A DNA stretch of 64,000 nt from a virus. The notes under the pieces were generated by a model, which worked only from the letters and a program-made list of their open reading frames with translations, was not told the origin of the DNA and did not search any database. The stretch covers positions 1 through 64,000 of IMG/VR virus record IMGVR_UViG_3300045988_042567, one strand, 5' to 3'. The number at the start of each line of letters is the position of its first letter. Positions within the stretch are counted from its first letter, which is position 1. The position numbers were made by a program, and so were the translations under genes. This document shows positions 35,240 through 45,196 of this stretch, in pieces.

Positions 35240-35500
35240 ATGAATTCCGAGAAAGAATTAGAGAAGTGGCAAAAGGTAAATAGCGCAGAGACTAAAGAAC
35301 AGTTATTTGAAGCTGTAGATTTTATTTGTGCTGATGAACCTAATGGACTAATTGGTACCACTGGTAAGTTATTTACTGCCGACAAATTGAAAAGGAGCAT
35401 TAATGCGGCCATAACTGGAAGGTTTAATGCTAACGTTGTTACACGTAAATACGGTTTAAGGCAGCAAGTATTATACTTGATGTACTATGGTATAGAATGA
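35240..35500 (+). CDS. hypothetical protein
   Basis: 86-aa ORF. Confidence 0.4.
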   Translation: MNSEKELEKWQKVNSAETKEQLFEAVDFICADEPNGLIGTTGKLFTADKLKRSINAAITGRFNANVVTRKYGLRQQVLYLMYYGIE

Positions 35501-35536
35501 TTATAATAGAGGGTGTGGGCACATCCTCTATTCTTT

Positions 35537-35608
35537 AGTCTTATAGTTTAACGGATAGAATACCATACTACGGATATGGAGGTTTCAGTTCGATTCTGAA
35601 TAAGACTA
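35537..35608 (+). tRNA. tRNA-Arg (anticodon ACG)
   Basis: Acceptor arms AGTCTTA/TAAGACT; anticodon arm CCATA-CTACGGA-TATGG; T arm TTCAG-TTCGATT-CTGAA. Confidence 0.7.
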
Positions 35609-35783
35609 CTAATTTAATAAATATGGAAAGAGAATTGTATAACTGGTTGGAAAGAGAGTTCTATAAAAGTAATCACACTAAATATCATAGATATTTTAAA
35701 GAATGGATTACTAATATATGTCCCCATCAAGTTGAGGGCTTTAGAAATCAAATGATTGGCCAACTAACTAAATCTAAAGTGAA

Positions 35784-36092
35784 ATGACAGATGTTGTAAG
35801 TGTTCTTAAAAGAGCTAAAGAATTATTTGTAACCCATCCTGAATATTGGGGAATGTGTTTCTGTATAGAACATGCTATGGCAGGAACCGAACGTGGAATC
35901 ACTATTTACAGCCATCGTGATATAGTTACCATGATTCCGGAATTTAATAGAGAGTTTCTAGAGGCTCCTAAAGATAGATATGGTAAAGCTTATTGGTGGA
36001 CCCCTGATAGTGAGGAGGGACATAATGCTAGAGTTAGGGCGTTTGATAAACTTATTAAGTACTATGAACTGGATAAGAAGAATCATGAATAA
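35784..36092 (+). CDS. hypothetical protein
   Basis: 102-aa ORF. Confidence 0.45.
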   Translation: MTDVVSVLKRAKELFVTHPEYWGMCFCIEHAMAGTERGITIYSHRDIVTMIPEFNREFLEAPKDRYGKAYWWTPDSEEGHNARVRAFDKLIKYYELDKKNHE

Positions 36093-36429
36093 ACTGTTTG
36101 TTGATAATGAATCGTTTGATATTGATGAAGATGATATTACCATATCACAAATAAAGAATAGAATTTATGTGAATGGTAAATTAATATCTGAAGTCAATAA
36201 TGATAGCGTACATATCAGTTTTACTGGTAATGTAAAGGAACTCAACTGTAATACATGTGACATTGACGGAAACGCTCTTACTGTACATGGTAATAGTGTC
36301 GAAGTTAAAGGTAATGTAGGAGGTAGTATAGAAGCTAACAGCATCGAAGTAGGTGGTGATGTAGAGGGAGATATTACTGCTAACTCTGTTAAAGTAAGAG
36401 GTAAACATACCGGATCTATTAGTATGTAA
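36085..36429 (+). CDS. bactofilin-like protein
   Basis: Beta-helical repeats of the form V..G.V.G.V.G.I.A..V (NVKELNCNTCDIDGNALTVHGNSVEVKGNVGGSIEANSIEVGGDVEGDITANSVKV). The start is taken as the internal Met overlapping the upstream stop. Confidence 0.55.
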   Translation: MNKLFVDNESFDIDEDDITISQIKNRIYVNGKLISEVNNDSVHISFTGNVKELNCNTCDIDGNALTVHGNSVEVKGNVGGSIEANSIEVGGDVEGDITANSVKVRGKHTGSISM

Positions 36430-36436
36430 CTGTCAA

Positions 36437-36510
36437 GGCTTGATAGCTCAATAGTATAGAGCATCTCCGTCCTAAGGAGCAGGTTGTGGGTTAGAGTCCC
36501 ACTCAAGTCA
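36437..36510 (+). tRNA. tRNA-Arg (anticodon CCT)
   Basis: Acceptor arms GGCTTGA/TCAAGTC; D arm GCTC-AATAGTATA-GAGC; anticodon arm TCTCC-GTCCTAA-GGAGC with a mismatch at the top of the stem; T arm GTGGG-TTAGAGT-CCCAC. Confidence 0.6.
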
Positions 36511-36538
36511 CTAAAAGAAGGCTCAAATTAATTAGATT

Positions 36539-36862
36539 ATGAGAAAGTTATTTGATTTCAGTAAACTGTTAGAAGGAAGTTCAATGAATGCGGAGGAAGC
36601 ATATTCGGTTGCAACGTACAATGAAGTAGTAACTCAAGAAATTATATTTAAGAGGTTCATTAGTACTACTGACAGCTTTATTAAGGCTAAAAGTGAGAAT
36701 AATTACTTTAGCTTAGTAATGGATTTAAACGATGACGAACTAAAATCTATTGATGACATTCTTAAATATTACGAGGAGAAGCAATTCTTTGTAAAAGTAA
36801 TTAATAAGGAAGGTTATCCCGGATTAGTAGGTAATTACTTGTTTATATCTTGGAAGAGGTAA
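36539..36862 (+). CDS. hypothetical protein
   Basis: 107-aa ORF. Confidence 0.45.
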   Translation: MRKLFDFSKLLEGSSMNAEEAYSVATYNEVVTQEIIFKRFISTTDSFIKAKSENNYFSLVMDLNDDELKSIDDILKYYEEKQFFVKVINKEGYPGLVGNYLFISWKR

Positions 36863-37033
36863 ATTCTTTATTCTAATATAACTAGTGGATGTATATGAGA
36901 GGATATGTCTACTTTAGGCATTACGAATGCCGTGAAATTCAATACTATTGAATTATATCATTACGTAGTAGTAATAACTTCTTACGAAGTGTGTGTTAGC
37001 TGTTGCTAGCATTTGTAATTATCATATACGCAT

Positions 37034-37387
37034 ATGAACTATAAAGAACAATCACAATTGGTCACTGTGCTTAGGGATAAATTTAAAGAACCTATCAGTG
37101 ATGATGTTATCAAAGAGTTATTCGATAAGAAGAATGAGATTGCTGCCTCTGATGTAGGTACCTCTCTTGAGTTCGATGATTTCTTTGTAGAAGTTATAGT
37201 CAGCTGGATTGGTACTGATTTAACTTCCCAGAAAGCAAACCTTCTTATTGAATTGATTAACTCCGATAATGGTGCAGTGGATGATTCAGAGGACGCACTT
37301 CTGGAGGAACTGGCGGTTTGTGAGGATTTGGATGGACTTAAAATTGATGACGCCTTCCGAAACAAATTTCCTGATTATTTCGAATAA
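37034..37387 (+). CDS. hypothetical acidic protein
   Basis: 117-aa ORF. Confidence 0.45.
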   Translation: MNYKEQSQLVTVLRDKFKEPISDDVIKELFDKKNEIAASDVGTSLEFDDFFVEVIVSWIGTDLTSQKANLLIELINSDNGAVDDSEDALLEELAVCEDLDGLKIDDAFRNKFPDYFE

Positions 37388-37657
37388 CATAGCAGGTCAT
37401 GGTATTTACCAGCCAATTGCTATGAGGGGGGGGGTTAGTCTCCTTCTCACTACTAATATGTAGTACACCTAGTAATAAATATTACTATTATCGCAATTAT
37501 GTGCGATGAAACCTAGCCGATTAGCGGCATTTATCGAGTAGTGCATACTTGTACTGCCGTATTGGGTCAAATTTAGATTAGTTTATTTAGATTATGCTTT
37601 ATCTTTAACAGAGGTAAGGTCTAACCTATATAGCTGTCTGGGTTTGACCCTTATTTT

Positions 37658-37951
37658 TTGAATCTAATTATGATTACATTTAAATTTGTTGATGGTTACA
37701 TATCACCTGTTTTAAGTACAGGAGACATCATTGAGGTGGATGGTAGTTACTTTGAAATAGCTGAACCAGTTAATTCTAATACTTCGTGTAAACATTGCTA
37801 CTTTAGAGATGAGCACAACGAATGTAGGTTAGAGTACTGTCCATTAACTGGTGCTCAGGTATTTCTGAAGACATTGAAGAATAATAAACAAGATGAGAGG
37901 GGTGAGCAAGCTAAGAGCATGGTTGAGGAGGAAGGGATTTACTTCTACTGA
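37658..37951 (+). CDS. Cys-rich zinc-finger-like protein
   Basis: CKHCYF...ECRLEYCPLTG. Confidence 0.4.
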   Translation: MNLIMITFKFVDGYISPVLSTGDIIEVDGSYFEIAEPVNSNTSCKHCYFRDEHNECRLEYCPLTGAQVFLKTLKNNKQDERGEQAKSMVEEEGIYFY

Positions 37952-38360
37952 TTATGTAGGAACCTCAGAATATTTTACTATTGAAGGATTTCCGCCTGTA
38001 ATAAGAATCTCTGACCATGTAGGGAGAAAGGGTACGGAGACTGATAAATATGTAAATATAATACCAGATGGAGTTGACACATATATATTTGTATATGACA
38101 GAGTTACTAAAGCTATGACTTATAAGGAACTCACTAAAACTCTGGATGCATTATTACATTTATATATTACCATTCCGACCTTTCTAGCTAATAGAGCTTC
38201 TATGAAGAAGGGTTATAATGATTCTGTTAATGCAGTTAAATTAGAATACGCTAGTAAAATAGCCGACCAGAGAGCAGCCCTTGTTAAAGGTGCTGGTACG
38301 TTAGTCCCCATTATAGCAGACTTACAGAGACTCTGTAATATATTAAACAGAGAGAAATGA
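37893..38360 (+). CDS. hypothetical protein
   Basis: 155-aa ORF. Confidence 0.45.
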   Translation: MRGVSKLRAWLRRKGFTSTDYVGTSEYFTIEGFPPVIRISDHVGRKGTETDKYVNIIPDGVDTYIFVYDRVTKAMTYKELTKTLDALLHLYITIPTFLANRASMKKGYNDSVNAVKLEYASKIADQRAALVKGAGTLVPIIADLQRLCNILNREK

Positions 38361-38572
38361 CAGTCGTAATTATAGCATTGGTAATGTATGGAGTATCTTT
38401 CCTATTGTCTACATTGGCTGATTACTTAATAAATAGTCACTGTGAAGACCCAGATACCTTTTATGAATCTCTAAGTGATGAGTTTTATACTATGTCTCTG
38501 TGTCCATTCATATCACCGTTTGTATTTATTTGGCTAATTCACAAGATACTCAAGGAAATGGAGATTAACTAA
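38357..38572 (+). CDS. small membrane protein
   Basis: 71-aa ORF with TM segments. Confidence 0.35.
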   Translation: MTVVIIALVMYGVSFLLSTLADYLINSHCEDPDTFYESLSDEFYTMSLCPFISPFVFIWLIHKILKEMEIN

Positions 38573-38594
38573 TTTATAAATTAACATTACAAAG

Positions 38595-38870
38595 TTGATG
38601 GTAATAGAAGAAGCTGATTTCAGAATGGAATCTGTAGGTGATAGTTCACACTTCTGGGATTTGTCGGTGTTAAGAACTGTCAAATCCAAGGAAGGAGAAC
38701 GGCAAGAATTAAAGATAGCAGCGTATGGGGTGCCGTTGCTTACATGTCTTAAGATTATTGCCAATTATCGTGTTGAAATGAAACATCCAGAACCCATGTC
38801 TTTGGCAACTTATATTGCAGATTATAGAGAAGCAATACAGAGATTAGAAGAACTGACTAAAGGTATTTAA
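38595..38870 (+). CDS. hypothetical protein
   Basis: 91-aa ORF. Confidence 0.4.
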   Translation: MMVIEEADFRMESVGDSSHFWDLSVLRTVKSKEGERQELKIAAYGVPLLTCLKIIANYRVEMKHPEPMSLATYIADYREAIQRLEELTKGI

Positions 38871-38873
38871 CTA

Positions 38874-39041
38874 TGACTTCAACTGTAGGGGTGACTCCCA
38901 AGAAAAGGTCAAGGAGAGTATATGAATCCGTAAAAGTTATGAATTGTACTAGGTGTGGTAGACTTACTAATCACACGCTGTATGATTATGAGAAAGGTAT
39001 CTATAAGTGTAATACTTGTGGTACTATTCATACGAAGTAAT
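38874..39041 (+). CDS. possible 55-aa zinc-ribbon protein (CTRCG...CNTCG)
   Basis: An ORF below the track cutoff: MTSTVGVTPKKRSRRVYESVKVMNCTRCGRLTNHTLYDYEKGIYKCNTCGTIHTK. Confidence 0.3.
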
Positions 39042-39064
39042 TAACATTTAATCTTATCAGTAAA

Positions 39065-39529
39065 ATGGAGAAGAAGACTTTTAAGGAGAAGGAAAGTCCA
39101 GAGGACAGAGTTAAGAGACTTAGAATTAGAGACTGGAATGATGATGCTTTCCTAGTAGCTGAGCATCTAAGACAGCCTAGTGTTAAACCTCGTGACCCTA
39201 ATGTTTGGACTAAAACTCCAAAGGAGCGTAAGCTGTGGAAGAAATTTAGAAGATTTCCTGCTCCTAATTACAATTGGTCTGAGCCAGTTAAAACCATAGA
39301 CATACCTGGAACTTTGGTAGTCTATGTAAAGGGTGGTAATTTCACTACAGGTAAGCTTAACCCGAAGACCAAGAAACCTATACCTAAGACTACGTTTAGT
39401 CATAAGTGTATCCAGTCTGACATTCCTTATATTTTAGGGAAGTATAAGACGCCCAAATCGGAAGTACTAAAGTATTCCTGGAATGGTAAAACGTACAGCC
39501 CAGATAATCTACCATTCTGGGGACGTTAA
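39065..39529 (+). CDS. hypothetical basic protein
   Basis: 154-aa ORF. Confidence 0.45.
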   Translation: MEKKTFKEKESPEDRVKRLRIRDWNDDAFLVAEHLRQPSVKPRDPNVWTKTPKERKLWKKFRRFPAPNYNWSEPVKTIDIPGTLVVYVKGGNFTTGKLNPKTKKPIPKTTFSHKCIQSDIPYILGKYKTPKSEVLKYSWNGKTYSPDNLPFWGR

Positions 39530-39753
39530 ACTAACAGAATATCCCACCTTTTTATATGAAGTGCAATTATATCTCATTAGAAAGGATGGGGCAGAATGTG
39601 TAGGTACCAAATTCTTCTCTTCTGATAAACCTTTAAAAGTTAAAGAGTCGCAGTTCATCAAGATGGATAAAGAGATTACCTGTGCTAAGTACATTACTTG
39701 GATAGGAGCGCCGTTAGATTATTTGCGAAATAATAACTTTAAAGTATTTAACA

Positions 39754-40395
39754 GTGAGAAAGCTAGACAAAGACGGAAATCCAATACAAGAAGTAACAAG
39801 TGATGGAGTTCAGACAGTGGGTGCAGAACCTACTATGAAATATACTGAGAGAGTTATTGATACTACAAGACGTAAATGTCCTTTATCGTCAGTAATGATT
39901 GAAATGTTAGTAAAGCAGATGTCTGCTGAACTAGCTAATCATGCTTTGTATATGACATTCGCTAATTACTTTGAAGTAGAAGGGCTTCCTAAACTTGGCA
40001 TCTACTGGAGAGGTAGAGCTAAAGAAGAGTACCTACATCATTCGTGGATATTTGAATATCTAACCGAGAATGATGCCTTGTTCCAGTACCCTCCAGTTCC
40101 TCCTATTAAAGTGGATATAGTGGATAGAATCATGCCTTTTGCTGCTACGGTAGACAGGGAAATTGAAACTACTATGAGTATCAACAAGATTGTGGACCAG
40201 GCTCAGAAAGAAGGAGATTGGGCTACATTCCAGTGGCTAAATGGAGATGATGAAGATACTGGTATGCTAGTTAAAGAGCAAGTAGAAGAAGAGTCCATTA
40301 GTAGAACTATTCTTGATATGGCTAGAGAACAAGCTACATGGCTTCGTAAAGAGAACGCCATACTTGACTTCTATAATGGTTTAGGTAGGAAATAA
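39754..40395 (+). CDS. hypothetical protein, possibly a ferritin-like diiron fold
   Basis: Contains ELANH and EEYLHH (E-x-x-H-like) pairs. The real start may be an internal Met. Confidence 0.35.
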   Translation: MRKLDKDGNPIQEVTSDGVQTVGAEPTMKYTERVIDTTRRKCPLSSVMIEMLVKQMSAELANHALYMTFANYFEVEGLPKLGIYWRGRAKEEYLHHSWIFEYLTENDALFQYPPVPPIKVDIVDRIMPFAATVDREIETTMSINKIVDQAQKEGDWATFQWLNGDDEDTGMLVKEQVEEESISRTILDMAREQATWLRKENAILDFYNGLGRK

Positions 40396-40458
40396 TATCT
40401 GAATAGAAGATTAGACCATCTAAAGAGATAAGACTTATTATCTTATAAAGTTAATCTT

Positions 40459-40980
40459 ATGAAAGAGAGAGTAGAATATAGAATTGATTCCTTTACTGAT
40501 TACGCAAACATTGAACGTAAATTCATTATGGCAGCAGTATCACAAGAAGTAGATGCTGTTATTACTGATTATAGTGATTCTAATGCAGTTCAGCATGATG
40601 GCGTAAAGAGACTATCAATAGGAGTTGCAATATGCAACCCCGAAGATGAGTTTAACGAGGAAGTAGGTAAAACAATTGCCTTAGGTAAAGCTCGCAAAGG
40701 AAACAAACATGCTTTCTACAGTACAGATTCAGGTTTAATCAATCGTGGTGTGGTAAATGCACTCTTAGATCAAGAAGTTGCATTCTTTAAACAATGCCCA
40801 GGGAAGTATATTGCTGGTTATAATACAGCAAAGGAAGTATATGAATTAGATTCCCGAATGGTAGAAGTTGAACTTAATCTGAATGATAAGGAAAGAGAAT
40901 GCTTAGATACATTGCTCACAGCCTCACCAGAGAAAGTGAATAACATTGTAGATTTGTATAATCATTACTATCTGCAATGA
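40459..40980 (+). CDS. hypothetical protein
   Basis: 173-aa ORF. Confidence 0.45.
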   Translation: MKERVEYRIDSFTDYANIERKFIMAAVSQEVDAVITDYSDSNAVQHDGVKRLSIGVAICNPEDEFNEEVGKTIALGKARKGNKHAFYSTDSGLINRGVVNALLDQEVAFFKQCPGKYIAGYNTAKEVYELDSRMVEVELNLNDKERECLDTLLTASPEKVNNIVDLYNHYYLQ

Positions 40981-41285
40981 GTAAACCATTTATAATAGGA
41001 GCTACTATAGCCATTATAATAGTTGTAGTTGGTTTATTACTAAAGGAAGATCCTGTAGTAATGCCAGATACTGACAAATATGAGATGACTATTGATTCGC
41101 TTAATAAGGAAATAAGAGATTTAGCAAATACTAACGATAGTATTCTTGGTGTTATCGCTACTAGTAACGGTAAAATAGATACTATAAAGTATACGTATGA
41201 AAAGGAGTTTATTAATATTACTAATCAGCCTATTGCCGACGATGTGGTGTTCTTCACAGAATATCTATCCGAAGTTGGTAAATGA
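40977..41285 (+). CDS. membrane protein
   Basis: 102-aa ORF with an N-terminal TM segment. Confidence 0.4.
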   Translation: MSKPFIIGATIAIIIVVVGLLLKEDPVVMPDTDKYEMTIDSLNKEIRDLANTNDSILGVIATSNGKIDTIKYTYEKEFINITNQPIADDVVFFTEYLSEVGK

Positions 41286-41610
41286 CTCATTAATAGTTAT
41301 AACTCCTAAACAGCTAAAGTCGACTAATCTTATATTCCTGGAGCATAAGAAGTTAAAACTTGAGAAGGTAGAACTTATAAAGCAAGTAGATTCTTATGCC
41401 TTACTAACTGCAAACTTGGCTAAAGCTGATAGTCTACGCAAACTTCAACTGGAAAGAGCTAATATGCACATTAAGTTACAAGATACGGCTATTCAAACAC
41501 AGCAAGAGCAGTTACGTAAAATAACTAAGAAGAATAAAAGATTAACCACTTTATCAACAAGTCTAGGAGTAGTTACTGTAGGAGTAATAATGGCCTTATT
41601 ATTCAAGTAA
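41197..41610 (+). CDS. signal-peptide/coiled-coil protein with a C-terminal TM segment
   Basis: 137-aa ORF; overlaps the previous ORF in another frame. Confidence 0.35.
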   Translation: MKRSLLILLISLLPTMWCSSQNIYPKLVNDSLIVITPKQLKSTNLIFLEHKKLKLEKVELIKQVDSYALLTANLAKADSLRKLQLERANMHIKLQDTAIQTQQEQLRKITKKNKRLTTLSTSLGVVTVGVIMALLFK

Positions 41611-41640
41611 TTTACTAAGACACAACTAAATCAGAGGCGC

Positions 41641-41835
41641 ATGGCTAAGAAGCAATCCGAAGACTGTGACAAAGACAGAGATGGAGTTAAATACAAGTAT
41701 CCTGAGCGCACCTGTAAAGAATGTGCTAAATATCCCTGTTTCAGAGGTATTGAGAAGAGTGTATGTGACTTCGCTAAATACGGTTGTGTAACTTATAAAG
41801 ATGGTAAAATTAACACTAACGAATCAGAAGAATGA
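41641..41835 (+). CDS. small Cys-rich protein
   Basis: 64-aa ORF with six Cys residues. Confidence 0.4.
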   Translation: MAKKQSEDCDKDRDGVKYKYPERTCKECAKYPCFRGIEKSVCDFAKYGCVTYKDGKINTNESEE

Positions 41836-42053
41836 CTGAATACAACATTTATGCAGGGTTGAAGGGTAATATTACCTATCAAGAAACAGAAGAATTCGAA
41901 ACACAACAAGAAGCCCTAGATAGAGGTAGAGATATTGCCCACGCAGATGCAGAAGCATTTGGATGGAATCCGGACGATCTAGAATGGAAAGCAATTCCAT
42001 TTGAAGAAGATAATATTCCTGAAGATATGCGTGTAGGCTCAAGATATCTATGA
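41832..42053 (+). CDS. hypothetical acidic protein
   Basis: 73-aa ORF. Confidence 0.4.
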   Translation: MTEYNIYAGLKGNITYQETEEFETQQEALDRGRDIAHADAEAFGWNPDDLEWKAIPFEEDNIPEDMRVGSRYL

Positions 42054-42352
42054 TAATAGAGACCTTACGTGTGCGGCTTGTAGCTGCACAAGAGAACGTA
42101 GGTGGCTATATTCAATATGTGTTTGAGGACTTAAAAACTGGTGCATATAAAGCGTGTACGCGATGTCCCAATTGGGATAGTCCATTCCTAGTAGTTGGGG
42201 ACATCGGATTCTTAAAATATAGGGAAGTAGTAGCTGGTAAGGATACTTGGTACGATTCTGAGAATAATATTCAAGTTCCTTATAAGAATACTGACTTTTA
42301 TTTTGAGACTTTTATTTACGAGAAGCCACCAGAAGATGAGATTATACTGTAA
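42050..42352 (+). CDS. hypothetical protein
   Basis: 100-aa ORF. Confidence 0.4.
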   Translation: MIIETLRVRLVAAQENVGGYIQYVFEDLKTGAYKACTRCPNWDSPFLVVGDIGFLKYREVVAGKDTWYDSENNIQVPYKNTDFYFETFIYEKPPEDEIIL

Positions 42353-42410
42353 AAGATTATCTAAATTAAAGAGATTAGACCATTACATCAAATTAATATG
42401 ATATATCTGT

Positions 42411-43238
42411 ATGTTTAAAGAGAAATTGGCAGCTGCTATGAATAATATTAACTCCTTCGTATGGAAGGGTCGTAAACAAGAAGTTAATGGAGAATTAGTA
42501 CAAGAGGAGAAGCGTTTGGTTGATTGTACTGAGGAAGAACTTCGTAGTTTCTACGCCCATTGTGAATCTATGCTTCACAATACTAGCAAGGAGTATCCTG
42601 GTCGTTATGTTTTATTGGACATTATTAATGACCAGAAGCAGCGTTGTAATGCCGAGCTATTCTTAAGATGGCTAGAGCAAGAGCAACATCTGCCTAGATT
42701 TAAATTCTTAGAGGCCCTAGTATCTTTCCTAGACATTAATAAGGATGCTATAGACCCTAAGGATTATCCGATTGACGGAACCATGAATAATTGTCCGGAG
42801 GAATTCAAAGATATTCCTACTGAACTTGTTCGTGAAGGTTGTTTGGACAGACTGGGAAAGTTCAACAAGCAACATATTACACTCACATTCATTCTCAAGC
42901 AAGGTCTCTGGTTTACTGCTCAAGAGAGTAAGGACTTAGTAGAGAAAGACTCTGATGGTCAACTGAGAGACAAGCTTGTAGTGGCTAGAGAGAGATTAGG
43001 TCTTAAACCTACCGCTCCTATCTATATTACTCCCAAAGGATTGAATTATACTCAATTAAGAGCTATGGTTAATCTGAAGAGTAAGAAATATACAGAGTTA
43101 ACTACAGACCAACTTAAGGTTCTCAGAAATAGAATACTCTATTCTTTGGCTGAAGAAGTTAAGTTCCACATCTCTCAATGGGAAACTCGTAAGGAACAAA
43201 TTAAAATGGTATGTGATGCTAAAGGATTTACTCTGTAA
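42411..43238 (+). CDS. hypothetical protein
   Basis: 275-aa ORF. Confidence 0.5.
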   Translation: MFKEKLAAAMNNINSFVWKGRKQEVNGELVQEEKRLVDCTEEELRSFYAHCESMLHNTSKEYPGRYVLLDIINDQKQRCNAELFLRWLEQEQHLPRFKFLEALVSFLDINKDAIDPKDYPIDGTMNNCPEEFKDIPTELVREGCLDRLGKFNKQHITLTFILKQGLWFTAQESKDLVEKDSDGQLRDKLVVARERLGLKPTAPIYITPKGLNYTQLRAMVNLKSKKYTELTTDQLKVLRNRILYSLAEEVKFHISQWETRKEQIKMVCDAKGFTL

Positions 43239-43389
43239 ATTATATCTGAATTGTAATTGGTTGACAGTTATTAATCCAGATTATTATGTAATAGCTATGC
43301 ATTACTTAATTTAATTTCATTATAGTCATATCACAAGACTTAAGGGATAGATGATTTAATTTAAGGTGTAATAGCTCTTTACATAACAA

Positions 43390-44664
43390 ATGGCAGACTT
43401 ATTTGGAAATATTACCAGAAGTGAACGTCAAGCTTTAGGTGTTCAACGATGGGTTAATAACAGATTATGTGGAAGTCTAGTCTATTGTACCGGTTTCGGT
43501 AAGACTAGAACTGCCATTATGTGTATGAAGAGATTCTTGGCTAAGAATCCTGGAAAGAGTGTTATAATAGTAGTACCTACAGATGCTTTGCAAAGACAAT
43601 GGTTAGCAGATTTAGCTGAGCAAAAAGTACCTAAAGTTTATCAGGTGCTTATCATTAATACTGTAGTAAGAAAGGAATGGAATTGTGATCTATTAATACT
43701 TGATGAGTGTCATAAATACGCTTCCGATTTATTTGGAAAGGTGTTTGAAGTAGTTAAGTATAAAATAATTCTAGGTTTAACAGCAACTATGGAAAGGCTT
43801 GATGGTAAAGACAGTTACATCAAGAAGTATTGTCCTGTAGTTGATAGAGTAGATGTTGGTGAAGCTACTGCCAGAGGCTGGTTGTCTCCTTATAGGGAGT
43901 ACAAAGTCTTAATAGAAGTAGATGATCTAAGCAAGTACCTAGAACTAAATAGAGAGTTTTATGATCATTTCTCTTTCTTTAACCATGATTTTACCTTAGC
44001 TATGGCATGCGCTTCTAAATGGCAGAAACGCGTTGAATTAGCTAAGAGAATGTGTCCTGATTATGCTAATAAACCTGACGAATTTAAGGCTATTAATAAA
44101 CAGATTCTAATACATGCAATGGGGTTTAACAGAGCCCTGCAAGGAAGGAAACAGTTTATATATAACCATCCTAAAAAGATAGAACTTACTGATTTAATAT
44201 TGAAGCACCGTCAAGACAAGAAATGTATTACGTTTAGTAAGACAATTAAAGTCGCGGAGAAGATTGGATACGGTAAAGTGTTATCTAGTAAGGAAACTAA
44301 GAAGAAAGGGCGTATGACCTTGGAGGAATTCAAGGAAGCTAAAGTAGGAGTGCTTAATACCTCTAAAATGTTGGACGAAGGTGCTGACATTCCGGGATTG
44401 TCTGTAGCTGTTATTCTTGGATTTGATTCTAGTCCTACTACCAAGACACAAAGAATTGGCAGAGTTATTAGGAAGGCAGAGAATAAAGTGGCAGAAGTAT
44501 TTACCTTTGTAATTAAAGGAACTGTTGAAGAAGAATGGTTTCGTAAAAGTACTAGTGGTAAAGATTTCATAACCATAGACAGCTCTAATCTGCTAGATGT
44601 CTTAGAAGGAAGAGAATTTACTCCTAAGAAGAACAAGGAAACTAAAATGATATTTAGATTCTGA
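43390..44664 (+). CDS. SF2 DEAD/DEAH-box helicase
   Basis: Motif I CTGFGKT, motif II DECH, motif III TAT, and motif VI QRIGRVIR. Confidence 0.7.
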   Translation: MADLFGNITRSERQALGVQRWVNNRLCGSLVYCTGFGKTRTAIMCMKRFLAKNPGKSVIIVVPTDALQRQWLADLAEQKVPKVYQVLIINTVVRKEWNCDLLILDECHKYASDLFGKVFEVVKYKIILGLTATMERLDGKDSYIKKYCPVVDRVDVGEATARGWLSPYREYKVLIEVDDLSKYLELNREFYDHFSFFNHDFTLAMACASKWQKRVELAKRMCPDYANKPDEFKAINKQILIHAMGFNRALQGRKQFIYNHPKKIELTDLILKHRQDKKCITFSKTIKVAEKIGYGKVLSSKETKKKGRMTLEEFKEAKVGVLNTSKMLDEGADIPGLSVAVILGFDSSPTTKTQRIGRVIRKAENKVAEVFTFVIKGTVEEEWFRKSTSGKDFITIDSSNLLDVLEGREFTPKKNKETKMIFRF

Positions 44665-44887
44665 TGTATACCGTGAACTATTATGACGTAATGGACCAAG
44701 AAGTTGTATTACCTTTGCCAGTTACTACTGCGAATGTAGACATATTTGGTCTGTTGCACCTATTAGAGAGACATTCTAAGGCTAGCATTTGCATTGTCTC
44801 TGCTTCTATAGGGAATAAGGTGTTAGATGTGCCAAGCCTTATGAGAAACCTCAAATTTAGGTAGATTCAGTTGGTAGTATAAATAGA

Positions 44888-45145
44888 TTGGATTATCTTT
44901 GTAACTCATATCGAGAATTTGAAATGACAGTTGAACGTATAGTTGAACTATTTACTCTCACTTCTGTATTTGATGCTGTTGTTACTAATGGCATAAATGG
45001 GAAGGGAGAATTTACCTTTAATGGTAAAGTATATGATTCTAAGGCTATGGCTAAAAGACAGGAAGAACTCATTGAGGATTTCTTATCTCCATTTGAAGTA
45101 GCTGAGGATGCTTATGTAATTGAGGACACTGAGAAATCAGAATAA
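44888..45145 (+). CDS. hypothetical protein
   Basis: 85-aa ORF. Confidence 0.35.
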   Translation: MDYLCNSYREFEMTVERIVELFTLTSVFDAVVTNGINGKGEFTFNGKVYDSKAMAKRQEELIEDFLSPFEVAEDAYVIEDTEKSE

Positions 45146-45196
45146 CACTATTGCAGCATAATAGATTGGTAAGTTACTAACTTATTAATCATTAGC

